In this document: positions 28,477 through 40,051 of the stretch, piece by piece
Position numbering within the stretch: the stretch's first letter is position 1
Layout: every line of letters begins with the position of its first letter
Source of the DNA: Macrostomum lignano
Lineage: Eukaryota
Direction of reading: 5' to 3'
Assembly: GCA_002269645.1 (NCBI GenBank)
Contig: NIVC01002178.1
Coordinates: 131,422 to 195,421, forward strand
Length of the DNA: 64,000 nucleotides
The notes under the pieces: model-generated
Databases searched by the model: none
What the model saw: the letters and a program-made list of their open reading frames with translations, nothing else
Told to the model about the DNA's origin: nothing
Made by a program: the position numbers and the translations under genes

Positions 28477-29203
28477 CAGGGACGCGGGCAGCATGCTGGG
28501 CTCCGGAGGTGGCGGCGTAGGCGGCGGCCTGGCTTCCATGTCGGCCGACATGAAACGCGCCGACAGCCGGTCGTCTGAAAGCGGCGGCGGAGGCGGCGGC
28601 GGATGCGGCGGTGATGGCGGAGGCAGCGAGGAGGCCGCCAGCCCCCCAAGCTACCACCAGTCAGCTGCCGCCTACCTGGATTACGGCCTCATGGGCCAGC
28701 CGCCGCCTCCGCAGCATCAGCAGCTTCATCTGCACTCCCAGCATCCCCAGCTCAGCTCAACTAACGCCAACCTGTCAATCAGCGGCTCCTTCAGCAGCCC
28801 GAGTCCTTCGCAACTCGGACTGGGCAGCGGCAGCGGCGGCGGCGGAGTTGACTGCTATTCCAAGAATCTGCAGCAACAGCAGCAGCATCCCCAGCATCTT
28901 CTGCATCATCATCATCATCCCTACGGCGAGCCGGAGTCGCCTAGCGGCTACAAGAAGGCCGATAGCGGCGGCTGCTTGGAGTCGCCGAACTCGTCGGCAA
29001 CTTCGGCTGGAGCGGCCGCAGCAGCCGCGGCCGCAGCAGCCGCCGCAGCAGCCGCCGCAGCGTCCGCCTTTGGCAACGGGGCGCACCACGGGATCGACCA
29101 GTTCCTGCCCGGAGGTCAGCATCACCACCCTCATCATCAGGCCCATCATCACCAGCCCCATCACCATCATATGCTGCACCCCGTGCACCTCAGCGATTTT
29201 TGA
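28477..29203 (+). CDS. six1/2: Six1/2 gene A, coding exon 2 (Gly/His/Gln/Ala-rich C-terminal region); spliced product about 465 aa
   Basis: Branch-like CCTAAC at about 28456, then a TTTCAG|CAG|G acceptor. Both AGs are phase-2 compatible with the exon-1 donor. The frame is open to TGA at 29201-29203, and the low-complexity content is typical of a TF activation region. Confidence 0.85.
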
Positions 29204-29371
29204 CAGCTTGAAAAATGCAATGTTGTTGTCGGTCTTGAATATCTGTTGCGGTTTAAATGTTCTTCTCCTCTCGTGCACAATGGTTCAACTGTGAATATGG
29301 CTGCCTCTGTTCATTTCAGGCTGCGCCATCTGCAGCCCTTTTGTACTGCTTAATGGGTGTCGCTTTCATCC

Positions 29372-29823
29372 GCTCTAAACTTCATTCACCAGCTCTAAAC
29401 TTCATTCACCAGCTCTAAACTTCATTCACCAGCTCTAAACTTCATTCACCAGCTCTAAACTTCATTCACCAGCTCTAAACTTCATTCACCAGCTCTAAAC
29501 TTCATTCACCAGCTCTAAACTTCATTCACCAGCTCTAAACTTCATTCACCAGCTCTAAACTTCATTCCCCAGCTCTAAACTTCATTCACCAGCTCTAAAC
29601 TTCATCCACCAGCTCTAAACTTCATCCACCAGCTCTAAACTTCATCCACCAGCTCTAAACTTCATCCACCAGCTCTAAACTTCATCCACCAGCTCTAAAC
29701 TTCATCCACCAGCTCTAAACTTCATTCACCAGCTCTGAACTTCATCCACCAGCTCTAAACTTCATTCACCAGCTCTAAACTTCATCCACCAGCTCTAAAC
29801 TTCATTCACCAGCTCTGAACTTC
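29372..29823. repeat. 20-bp minisatellite (GCTCTAAACTTCATTCACCA)n, about 170 bp after the Six-A stop
   Basis: About 22 copies; the TT>TC variant is polarised to the 3' half. Confidence 0.95.
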
Positions 29824-30805
29824 ACCAAGACAGAAAATTTCACATATAACGACTAGAAATCCCGAAAGTTCCAACACGGGAAGTTTCGAGACTACGAAAG
29901 CGACACCACTCTCTGTTTAATTGCAGTCAATTTTCGTCTCTCTTGTCTCTCAACCTCGTCCCGCTCTCTCTCTCTACATGCTTATCTCAGAACTTCAGAG
30001 GCGGACAAACTATTATTAATATTTTAACTTGTCTGTTTAGTTTTCTTTCCAACAAAGCATAAATTTCTGCTTCTGGCAACTGTGTAAATAGACAAATTAA
30101 CTACAATTTAACTTGAAGCCTCATGTGCGGCATCTCACAACGAATCGTGTAAACCAGAGAATGAAAATTTATACAAAATCTGCTCTGCTAATGACTGCAA
30201 AGCATAACAGTTTAGTGTCTATATGTATTGTAGTTTAACAAAATATATTACATTCAATAACAATTCTCTTCATAGCAACTGCCTATTGTCCAAAATGATT
30301 TGCATTTTCTTGTCTCGCTTATCGATCCTGCGCCCGAAAAATGTATTGATTTCTTGCATCGATCGGCTCAATCCTTAGTCAGGTATTGCTTTAATTTTTT
30401 CTCACAATGTCCTCCTTGCCTTCCATTGCCTGGAAGTAGGCGCAAAGAGGGAAGGACCCGGACAAGCCCCGCACAGAATGAAGCTGGGGAAAGGGGGGCA
30501 GCTAGTGCAGCTCAAGATGAAGACGAGACAGCTCACAGGAGTATCAAATGTCAAGAGTGGGCGAAAAATCCCCCCAGTGCAGCAGTGAAGGGGATTTGCA
30601 AGGAGCGAAGGATGAGCAGACAAGTAGACATCACCCCTCACCCCTCAGCTTCTCAAGCGCAAAGTTGCCCAAATAAGAGTTGTTTGCTCACTTGAGCGAA
30701 CTGCTGGGCTTGTGAGTCTAATCTGCTTTGTGAGCCTTTTGCTGAGGACAATCAGTGAGCATTCACGTCTGATAGGCAATGAACCCGCTGTAGGGGAATC
30801 AGATG

Positions 30806-30972
30806 TGTGTGTGTACTGGTGTGTGACAGTGGGTGTACTGGTGTGACAGTGTGGTGTACTGGTGTGTGACAGAGGGTGTACTGGTGTGTGACAGTGGGTG
30901 TACTGGTGTGTGACAGTGGGTGTACTGGTGTGTGACAGTGAGTGTACTGGTGTGTGACAGTGAGTGTACTGG
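30806..30972. repeat. 22-bp minisatellite (GTGGGTGTACTGGTGTGTGACA)n
   Basis: Direct repeat, about 7 copies. Confidence 0.9.
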
Positions 30973-33095
30973 TAACTGTAATTTGCATTTGAATACAAAG
31001 GTGAAAAAACCCTTTCACCAGCAACGAATCAATTCAAAATCCAATTAGTAATTTTAAAAAGTGACCCTGAACCAATGTTTTGACGCTGTAGGCATTCCAA
31101 TATTCCAATTTGCTTTTAGAAGAAGCAACAGGCACAAAAACAGCCGGGCGTCGTTAATCGAATTCAACACGAGTCGCCGAAGCGGTGCACGCGAAGGAGT
31201 TGACGAGAGACATCTGGGCGAGATTTTTTTCAAACAAAACATTAAGTCAGTGAGCTTTTTAACTAATTGTTTGAAGCTTAGAAATTTTTACATGCTTGGG
31301 CAGGTATAATTATCGAGAACAGTTTAAAACTGTTTCAGCAACATTCCATTCATTGTAGAAATTGAGTGTGCAGAGAGTATCGGAGAGTGAAACCCACACT
31401 CCAGATTCCGCCGATTGTTCCTCATCAGTTCCCGAACTGGCTACCTGAAGTGTTTATGGCTGCCCCCGGGGCGCGTCTGCTGCAGGTGGTAGACTGATTG
31501 CGCAATCGTGCAATCCATGCATCCAGTCAAAGCAAATCGGGGTGGCGGTGGCAGAGCAAACAGGCTGGCACGCGTCAGGTATATGGCGTCACCGCGGCTG
31601 AGGGCGAGCCAGCGAAAGTGATACACAGTTTTTAAAGAGCCTTTCAGAATCAAAATCCAGACCTTCAACCTTGAAGCGTTGTTGGAAGGATAAAGTTTTT
31701 CAACGGAATCTCCCTCCTATATCGCTTGTGAAAGAAAATAAACACAGACTTAAGTTCGACACTGAACTGGGAGGGTGGAGCTGACGGGGTGTTGGAATAT
31801 CACAAGGACCCCCCGCTGAGCAAAGCTGTTCAAGAGCCCGATTGAAGCGGCCGCCCTCTATTAAGAGCGCGATGAGCTGCGGAGCTATGAAATCGAGGGG
31901 GGAACAAGAGAAGCAAAGCGGGAGAGTTCGGGCGCGTGTCGCCTCGTGCTCGGCTCTTCAGAACAGCGGATAAGCGGGGAGATCTGCGACAGAGACAGGG
32001 AGAAGTGGGGTCACCTCGACAACAGGTTCGGTAAATTAGTTTTGGCCTTTCCTCCACTTTCTCCTTTGTCAGGCAGGCGTGGGCGCCGTTTAAACTCGAT
32101 TTTAGCTGAGCAGCGTGTGAGCTGAACAGCTTCTCGCTTATCCTCACCTCCTCCCCTGTCGCTTCATCCACTCAATCCCGCGTGTGTGTTTTTTGGTTAC
32201 CAGCCCTCACAGCTTGTGTGTCACTGGTGGGGGGCGAAGGCAGAATGGGCAGGCCTGAGAATCGAACACGCGACCGATAGAAGACAGAAACTGATGCTTG
32301 CAGCCATTGAACGAATATTTAGACGTGATGATTATGTGATGAGGATGATGACAGAGTTTTCAGCCGCGTGCGCGCCGGGGGCCGGGCAAATGTCGCAGAC
32401 AGACAGACAAATGAAGCGACGAGCGGTGTCATGTTGCTCTCTGCATGCTCAAAAACTGTTTTGTGTTGCATAATTTATCTGATTAATGCCTCCATCCACG
32501 GCTTCACTGCACGCGGCATGTCGTGTTAAAAATAGAAAGTTAAAAAGAAGCTGTTTTCTTGTTGAATAGCAGACAGAAAACCAACTGCATGTAGTGGTTT
32601 TGCCGAGTAGAATGAGGCAACTCCCTGCGGAGCTTTACTTCCTCTCTGTGACCTTTGCTTTTCTGCGGTTCGAATGCGCGTCTGTTGCTTTTCTTTGTCT
32701 TCGAGCAGTTTTTTTCCTGGCCGGCACCCGCCGATCCCCTGGAGACGGCGGCGGCGGCTCGCCTTGGCCCTCCTGGCAACCAAATGCTCCAACGATCCAA
32801 CACGACCTTCTTTGCATTCTCTGGCGTCATAAAGAAGACGCAAGTCGTTTAAAGATGTTTGACAGACAGAAGAAGCGCCGTTGCTTTAACGCGCAGTTGA
32901 TTACCGAGGCTGGCTGAACCCGCACGCACTTGCTTGTCGTTCCTCTAAAAGCACTGGACGTTCAATTCGGAGGAAAAATTGCTGACAATACACTCGGATA
33001 GGACTAATAGTAGTTTCTCAGTTCAGCAGGAGTTTGGTTGCGGTTAGTCACTCCTGAAGGCACCCTGCTCTACAGCTAGTGCTAAAGTGCTGCAT

Positions 33096-33601
33096 CAAGG
33101 GTCAGCGAACTCCGGCCCGCGAAGCCTTAATTCTATCCGGCCCTCGGGTCCTTTGACACTTCACAATAGCAACTCGGCCCGCTCAGGGCTTGTGTCTCTT
33201 CTCAGCTCTCTTCTCTGTCTCCTCTCTTTTCTTCCCTATTCTCTTCTCTCCTCTCGTCTCTCCTCTCTCGACTCTCTTGTCTGTCGTCTCTCGTCTCTCG
33301 TCTCTCCTCTCACGACTCTCTTGTCTCTCGTCTCTCCTCTCTCTCCTCTCTCATCTCTCGTCTCTCCTCTCTGTCTCTCGTCTCTCCTCTCTCTCCTCTC
33401 TCGTCTCTCCTCTCCTCTCTCGTCTCTCCTCTCCTCTCTCGTCTATCCTCCTCCTCTCTTCACCTGTATTCCCTCGCCTCTCCTTCTCCTATCTCTCTTC
33501 ACCCTTCTCTATTCCCTCTCCTCTCTCCACTCCCCTGGCCCCGCAGTCATACGCTGGATTCTCTATCCGGCCCTTAAGGTAACAAAGTTTGCCGACCCCT
33601 G
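33096..33601. mobile_element. Degenerate hAT-like non-autonomous element with internal CT-rich microsatellite (33195-33530)
   Basis: Ends CAAGGGTCAGCGAACT and AGTTTGCCGACCCCTG form an imperfect TIR resembling CAGGGGTCGGCAAAC-type hAT termini, with subterminal GGCCC/ATCCGGCCC motifs. No intact 8-bp TSD. Confidence 0.55.
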
Positions 33602-34002
33602 TTCTGTTCTACATGCACATCTAGATACTTTTCATACTGTTACTTGAATATTGAACCAATAGTACAGTTTACCACGTTGTAAACGTCAGTAAAAGTGCAA
33701 GTCTTGGCTCTTGTAAATGCCTAGATTGCATCATATAGCCATTAGGCAAAAAATAACATTGCGGTAAACTTCTGTATTTAATAAAAGACACAAGCGTGCT
33801 TTAGTATTCAGATCTGCTGGGACAGCTGCGATGGGGGAGTTACGGTGCTCAGGTTTAGCATGGCATCTTCATGGCTCTGTTCTACTCTCTTCTGAGTCTG
33901 GTCGAGTGGGGCACCGAAATGAAGGATAAATTATTATAAATCACTCCTTGAAAACTGCTTCGGCGCTGTTAGAGAAGCTGCGTTCCTTCATCAACGACAG
34001 AT

Positions 34003-34770
34003 TTAGAAGTCTGGAAGCAGCGCGGCTCGCTCCCAATGGCTCCAGCCGCCGAAGTCCGGCATGGCGCCTCCGCCCCCGCCGCCGCATTCACCACTGTTGG
34101 CCCCCAAGCCGCAGTACATCGTTGAGGAGGCGCCACCGCCACCGCCGCCGCATCCGTTACTGTCACCGCCAAAGCCGCAGCACATCATCATTGCGGGGCC
34201 GCTGCCGCCGCAGCTGCCTCCGCCGCTGTCGCTGCCGAAACCGCAGCACATCTCGGAGCCGTTTGAGCAGCCCGGCTGCATGCCGAACTGCATGTCGCCT
34301 GACGCCAATGACATCTGCATCGGCCAGCCGCTGACCTGCTGCTGCATGCCGTCCAATCCGGCCGACTGCGCCATACCGCAGCAGCCAAGTGCGCTGCACA
34401 TTCCGCCGTTGCCGACGCCGCCGTCTCCGCCAAACATCTCATTGGCGTTCGACTGTTCTGATCGGTCCTGCTGCTGCTGCTGCTGGAACTGCATCATTAG
34501 AAAGTCGTTTGGCGTAGCCATATTCATCTGGGGCATAAACTGCTGCTGTTGCTGCTGCTGTTGCTGTTGAAACTGCTCCATCATGTTTTGCTGCTGATAG
34601 TCAGAGCCATAGTAGAACTGCTGCGGAAGCATCAGGGTGCTGGCAGGGTACTGTTGCATTCCTTGCGACGGAAATCCGTCGTTATTATCCACGTTGCAGC
34701 CTCCTCCGCTGCAAGCCCCGTTGGCGCACTGAAAGCTCAGTCCCTGATTGAAGTTCCACGGCGGTTGCAT
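34003..34770 (-). CDS. Orphan 255-aa Gln/Met/Gly/Cys-rich low-complexity protein with about 20-aa MCCGFGxDSxxCGGxG repeats
   Basis: True ATG and a single open frame. Strong amino-acid-specific wobble bias (24 Met, 0 Ile, 1 His versus many Gln) indicates this strand is the coding one. No homology recognised. Confidence 0.75.
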   Translation of the reverse strand: MQPPWNFNQGLSFQCANGACSGGGCNVDNNDGFPSQGMQQYPASTLMLPQQFYYGSDYQQQNMMEQFQQQQQQQQQQFMPQMNMATPNDFLMMQFQQQQQQDRSEQSNANEMFGGDGGVGNGGMCSALGCCGMAQSAGLDGMQQQVSGWPMQMSLASGDMQFGMQPGCSNGSEMCCGFGSDSGGGSCGGSGPAMMMCCGFGGDSNGCGGGGGGASSTMYCGLGANSGECGGGGGGAMPDFGGWSHWERAALLPDF

Positions 34771-36131
34771 AAATCAGCTGGCTGGGGCGTTTCGTCGAAC
34801 TTTTAATCAACAGCTTTTCTTTCGGCTTTGGGCTTTCTTAAGAGCAGAGAGGCAAACTGGCAGAGGGTGCAGGCGGTGGTCAATTTAAATTTTAATCTAC
34901 ACAACTACAATAGAGCTGTCAACGCAGATGAGCGCACGAAACAGGAGATGCAGAGATCTCGGCCTGCCATAGACAAAATGCGACAGTTGACAAGCATTAT
35001 ATGTAACTTAAGAGTGTAGACTCTTCATAATTCTATTTACGATTAGAGATCAAATCACGTTGTCTAACGTAGATGTTAAATTGTGAGAACTCTGTCTCCT
35101 TAGTCTACTAAACCCTAAAGAAACACAAGTTAGTTAAACTAAAGTCAATTAACATGAAATAGCGTTTAGATGTCGAGAAATTATTACTTTCGGACGATAT
35201 AAAATAAATGACAGAGAAAAACACTGTAGATGGCGACTGTACGTGCAAACGTCGATCTGGTATAATCAAAGCCAAATGTTCAGGTCCAAACTAATGATAC
35301 AAATTAAATCCGCAGATCAGTTACCTTACACTCGAATATATAATTGAAATGATAGCAAATATTGTAGATATTTCAGATACTATAAGCATTAGCGAGTAAC
35401 TAATCAATAAATAGTTGATCCAAAAGTTTATTGTCAGACACAATCACAAAGGGCTTAAAAGCATTAGAAGCGCAGCAACAGCTCAATTTCAGAAACAGAA
35501 TAATTCACCTAATAAAGGATATCGAAAAAAGGGAAGAACCTATCATTTTTTAGAAAGGTTTAGTAAAAGTAATTAGGCAAAAAAGTTTTAACTTTTTGTT
35601 AAAAGTTGTAAAAAGTTAAATTTTGCTTTTTCAAGAATTTTTTTACATCATGGAACGTACTGTCAACTTAGGGTAGCTAGCCTAGCCTAACTTATGTCGA
35701 AGCATCACTACGTTGATTAGTTGACTAAGCCTTAGACATGACGGTATTTATCGCTGATTCCTGATCACAAACTTAAAAAAACTTTTTTAATAGGCCCGTG
35801 GCTTAATATATAGTGCTCTTTTAATTTCATAAAAAGAAATTTGGCTTAGCACAAAGTAGCAAAGTATTGTATATGCTATAAAAACAAATTTTAGATAACT
35901 GACACTAGTAAGATATAGTTAATAGTGTGCAGTTAAGAAAATAATAAAGGTACAAGAAAATAAGTTCTTTTTTCATGCTTACTACTGCTTCAATTTTTTT
36001 AACCATGGTCAAAATTTTTGTATATTTGTACCATTTTTGCATCTAGTGCAAATTTATGCTACACTACAGCCATTGAAACTAACCTAAGCTAAACTATAAT
36101 TTAAACTAAGGCAATTATTACTAAGCAAATA

Positions 36132-36700
36132 GGCAGTGCTTATCCCCACAGTACCGTAGGAATAATTTCTGTCTTATTCCAATGGTACCGTGTGAATAAT
36201 TTTCTGCTTATCCGCAGGGCACACTGACGAGATAGCTGCCCTATCTTCTACATATGCTGTGCGAATAATTTTCTGCTTATCCGCATGGCACGCAATTTAA
36301 ATCATTTGTTACTACACAAAAAAATTCTTTCTCATAGAAAAGTTGTTAAATCTTTATTTCTTTAGAACAAATGTTGTTCAAGCCAAGTTATGTTGTTATA
36401 CTGCACTCAAATCGTATGTACTAAACTTCCCACACGGCATATGTAGAAGATAGGGCAGCTATCTTGTCAGTGTGCCGTGTGGATAAGCAGAAAATTATTC
36501 GCACAGCATATGTAGAAGATAGGGCAGCTATCTTGTCAGTGTGCCCTGCGGATAAGCAGAAAATTATTTGCATGGCATATGTAGAAGATAGGGCAGCTAT
36601 CTCGTCAGTGTGCCATGCAGATAAGCAATAAATTATTCGCACGGTACCATTGGAATAAGACAGAAGTTATTCCTATGATACTGTGGGGATAAGCACTGCC
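36132..36700. mobile_element. 569-bp foldback/MULE-like non-autonomous DNA transposon
   Basis: Long inverted arms start GGCAGTGCTTATCCCCACAGTA and are built of 69-bp subrepeats. A perfect 9-bp TSD, AAGCAAATA, lies at 36123-36131 and 36701-36709. Confidence 0.9.
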
Positions 36701-36744
36701 AAGCAAATATTTAATTTATAAAAAAAATAAAACAAACTAAAGAA

Positions 36745-38837
36745 TACAAGGGGCACTATGAAATTTTTTTGCTATATCTAAACAAAAGCAGCTATGTAGC
36801 TAAAATTTTCACAGCTGGCTCATTCCATATAAGATGGACATATTTGGAAAATAGAAAAAAGTCAATATTTTTGCTTGCCATTGCCTAATTAGCCTATTTT
36901 TTTACCAAATGTTTATATTGTGCAATATATACAATCTAAGAATAAAGGAATGGTAAAATGTTGGATTAGTATGTTATCAATTGGCAAAAAGTCATTTTTG
37001 TAAAAATTTGGACATTTTTCGAAGCAAAAGACATCATTAAGATTTTGTACCTTTTAAAAACAAATAGAAAGCTTTTGAAGGTTGAAACAAACTATAGATA
37101 AAAGTATAGTACTTGCATCATCAGATAAAAGCATTGGTGACCAAATAATCTATTATATTTTTAATGTATTAGTACCTCAAAGTTACTGAATTGACAGAAA
37201 AAAATATGTTACGACCATAATGTTACGACCATAAGGCTGCCTTTTCTTTTGTATCTTTGTTGCCTTTTGAGTTTATATATTCTAATAAAAGAGTATGATT
37301 TCTAAAGATGTTCTTAGTCAAATTTTAAAAATGTATTGCAAAATATCAAAAATGAAAAATGTTATAAGACTTTTACCTTTTAGTTTCTATATGTCAAAAA
37401 TCCTGTCGTTACGACCATAAGTGTCATTTAAAGTTTAATAGCATCTATACTAATGATGATATCTATATGAAACTCTATAAATATATTCTAGACAAAATAA
37501 TCTTTCATTTAAAATATTGGTTTAGTATATTCTATTATTAGATTTCATTTTATAAGTAAAAATAAACTGTCATGTTACAACCATGCTTATATGGAATGAG
37601 CCAGCTTCTCAAAGTATTCTCCACCAGCCTGTATGCAGTGCCTCATCCTCTCAAACTAGGTGACAAAGTAGTGGTGCCACTTAGAAGTAGACATCCCTTT
37701 TACCATATTGTCAAATGCATTAGCAGCCTCCTCTGCAGTAAAAAATTGCTGGCCATACAGCGAGTCCTTGACTTTAAGGAATAGGAAAAAGTCACATGGT
37801 GCTAAATCAGACAAGTATTGCAGGTGACTGGTCAGCTGCAATCCCTGAGTCTGCAGAAACTGCATATTGCCTAAGCCATATGAGCACTTGCATTGTCCTG
37901 ATGCAGTGTCAGGCCTCGGATACCTGACTTTAGACGCATCCTACTCAGGCTATAGATGACCTGTGGCAAGCAGATACCAGTATACTAGGCTGCAGTCACT
38001 GTGCATTGATCTAGCATTTGCACAGTTGCCACATGACCTGAGCAACAGAAAAAAAGTTGCAACTATCTACTTGCCGGTGCTCCTGCCTTGCACAACCTTC
38101 ATTGGTCTTTGGTGGCACCTTGTCTAGAAACGCCCACACCTGCAACTGGCACTTGCACTCTGGCTTGTAGCAGTACACCTAAGTCTTGTCACATGTCACT
38201 GTTGGCAACCATCTTTGACGCTCCATTGCTATATTTTTGTAGCATCTGGCAGCACCAATCGACCCTGGCCTGTTTCTGCTTAGGCTCCAACAGATAAGGC
38301 ACCTAGCAACTGGTCAGCTTGCATAAGCCAATGTGGTTGTGAAGGATTTTGGCAATTGCTGGCAAATGGATACTCAGGGATGCCTCAATCTTCTTGAAGG
38401 TTATCCGCCTGTCAGCTTCAACTAGCTGGCGAACACAAGCCACTGTTTCTAGTGTTGTGACAGTTGAAGGTTGGCCTGTATGCTACTCATCTTCCAATGA
38501 GTCTTGGCCATGACAAAACTTGTGGAACTAGTTGCTAACAGTTGCAAGCAATGCAGCTTCTGCAAAAGCAGCTGATAGCCTTTTGTGGCATTGGTGACAT
38601 TCAAGGCCGCCACAATAATCATGGCATGAAAATGCTCGCAAGTCAATTCTATGAGCTCTGCTAGAAAGTGGGCAGAGGTGCTGAAGTTATCTGGCTCTAG
38701 TGGCTAAATGCCGCAAGATATTTAAGTGAAATTTTATCTAACATAGTCACATATATTGTTCTGTAAGCCTGTCAAAAATCAAGCTGATAAGACAAACAGC
38801 AGAGGCATGGCTAAAAACTTTTGTAATGCCCTTCATA
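36745..38837 (-). mobile_element. Decayed mariner (Tc1/mariner) transposon, about 1.3 kb once the nested MITE is removed
   Basis: TA-flanked TIRs at 36745-36769 and 38813-38837 (18/25 match). Minus-strand transposase remnants with stops and frameshifts include EHFHAMI, VRQLVEADRRIT, VPYLL..QKQARVDWC, YLSDLAPCDFFLF and CIQAGGEYFEKL. Confidence 0.92.
36817..37602. mobile_element. 786-bp AT-rich MITE nested in the mariner 3' end
   Basis: Perfect 17-bp TIR GGCTCATTCCATATAAG, flanked by AGCT on both sides (36813-36816, 37603-37606). Removing it restores GAG AAG CTG TGA (EKL-stop). The motif TGTTACGACCATAA recurs internally. Confidence 0.85.
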
Positions 38838-39814
38838 TAATTGCCAAATTAGCATTGTTTTGAATAGGCTTAAATAAAAGCTATGATTATTATTTTATGT
38901 TTAATATAATATATGGCTATAAGAATTAAAAAAGTATAAAATTATCTTTCAATAGTTGTGTAGTTTTCTTGTTGCTTCTGGTAAAAGCATATTTAGCAAT
39001 TTATTCTATAATATAAAATTCTAGTCAATAATCTAGACTTTAACCTAGGTTATGTAAATGATTTATAAATTATATTTCAAAAAACATAGACAAAGTCTAG
39101 ATATTTAGAATATGCTTAGGTTGCCTAAGTAATATCAATGCTTAATACCATAGCAAGAATATAATATTTCATTAGCTTCTAAAACAGTAAAGATTAACTT
39201 ATCTTGTACAATTATGGTATCTAAATTGATTTGAAATTCACTTAACTTTGGATGAAAGTTGAAATAAAAAGAGAAAACATTATATCGTTTAACATAGTAT
39301 TCAATTACTATTCAATTAGTACACAATAAGTCATGAAATATCTTTGCCAAATATATAAGTCAGCACTGCTCAGTGCAAGTAAGCTCTTTGTCTTTGAGAA
39401 TTTTGTCTGGCCTTGAATTGGGGGGGGGCTTAAGCCCTCCCAATTCCAACCATGTAGTTTCAACACTATCTTTGTTGCTTGAGTCCTTGATTCTACGGAC
39501 TTAAGAGCTCCCCCTACATTGAAGGTTAAAATATTCACCTTAACATGAGCCCCCACCACCCAACCACAACGTGAATGTGGCATCAAAACTCTCTGTTGCT
39601 TAAGTCTCCAAATACATGTAGGGACTTAAGAGTTCCCCTCACTTTGAAACTGCCAACATTCATTCATCCCTACCCCATCAAATCAACAGCTCCAATGGCC
39701 TTTCAAGTCTCAGTTGAGAGGTATTACTAGATATGGAAACGGGATATGGCAAATATGTGTTCCCGTAACCAAATCTGTATCCGTATGTTTTGTCTAGCAA
39801 CCTCCGTGTCTGCA

Positions 39815-39846
39815 ACTTCCTGTAGTCATATCCATAGCTAGGGCGG
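39815..39846 (+). promoter_or_regulatory. Candidate promoter motifs for the 40052 gene: ETS-like ACTTCCTG and GC box GGGCGG
   Basis: Motifs lie about 210-240 bp upstream of the ATG; motif match only. Confidence 0.25.
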
Positions 39847-40051
39847 AACTATACTAACAATCTTGAAAAAAATTATTTTGTGTTCATGTTCAACTATCAA
39901 TATTTATACTTTGTAAATCTGAGAGTCTGCAAATTGAAGTCAAAACAAATAAGACATAAAATTTCTTGAATAGAAGTTGATAGCAGCATAGAGAAGGCGG
40001 CGCTGCTGCTCTGCAGGTGTGAAGCAAATTGAAATTGGACTTGGAATTTGA

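Noticed and set aside
28611-29294. Alternative-frame and antisense ORFs over Six-A exon 2 (28611-29294 plus, 28775-29278 minus)
   Set aside because: Not in phase with the exon-1 donor and read as shifted CAG/GCC repeats.
30300-32917. ORFs 30300-30695, 31830-32171 and 32594-32917 as genes
   Set aside because: Short, no codon bias or recognisable motif, and no convincing splice-site pairs.
34061-34570. Plus-strand Pro-rich, poly-Cys 169-aa ORF
   Set aside because: It is the shared-wobble antisense of the longer minus ORF. The Met/Ile and Gln/His biases favour the minus strand, although stranded RNA data are needed to exclude it fully.
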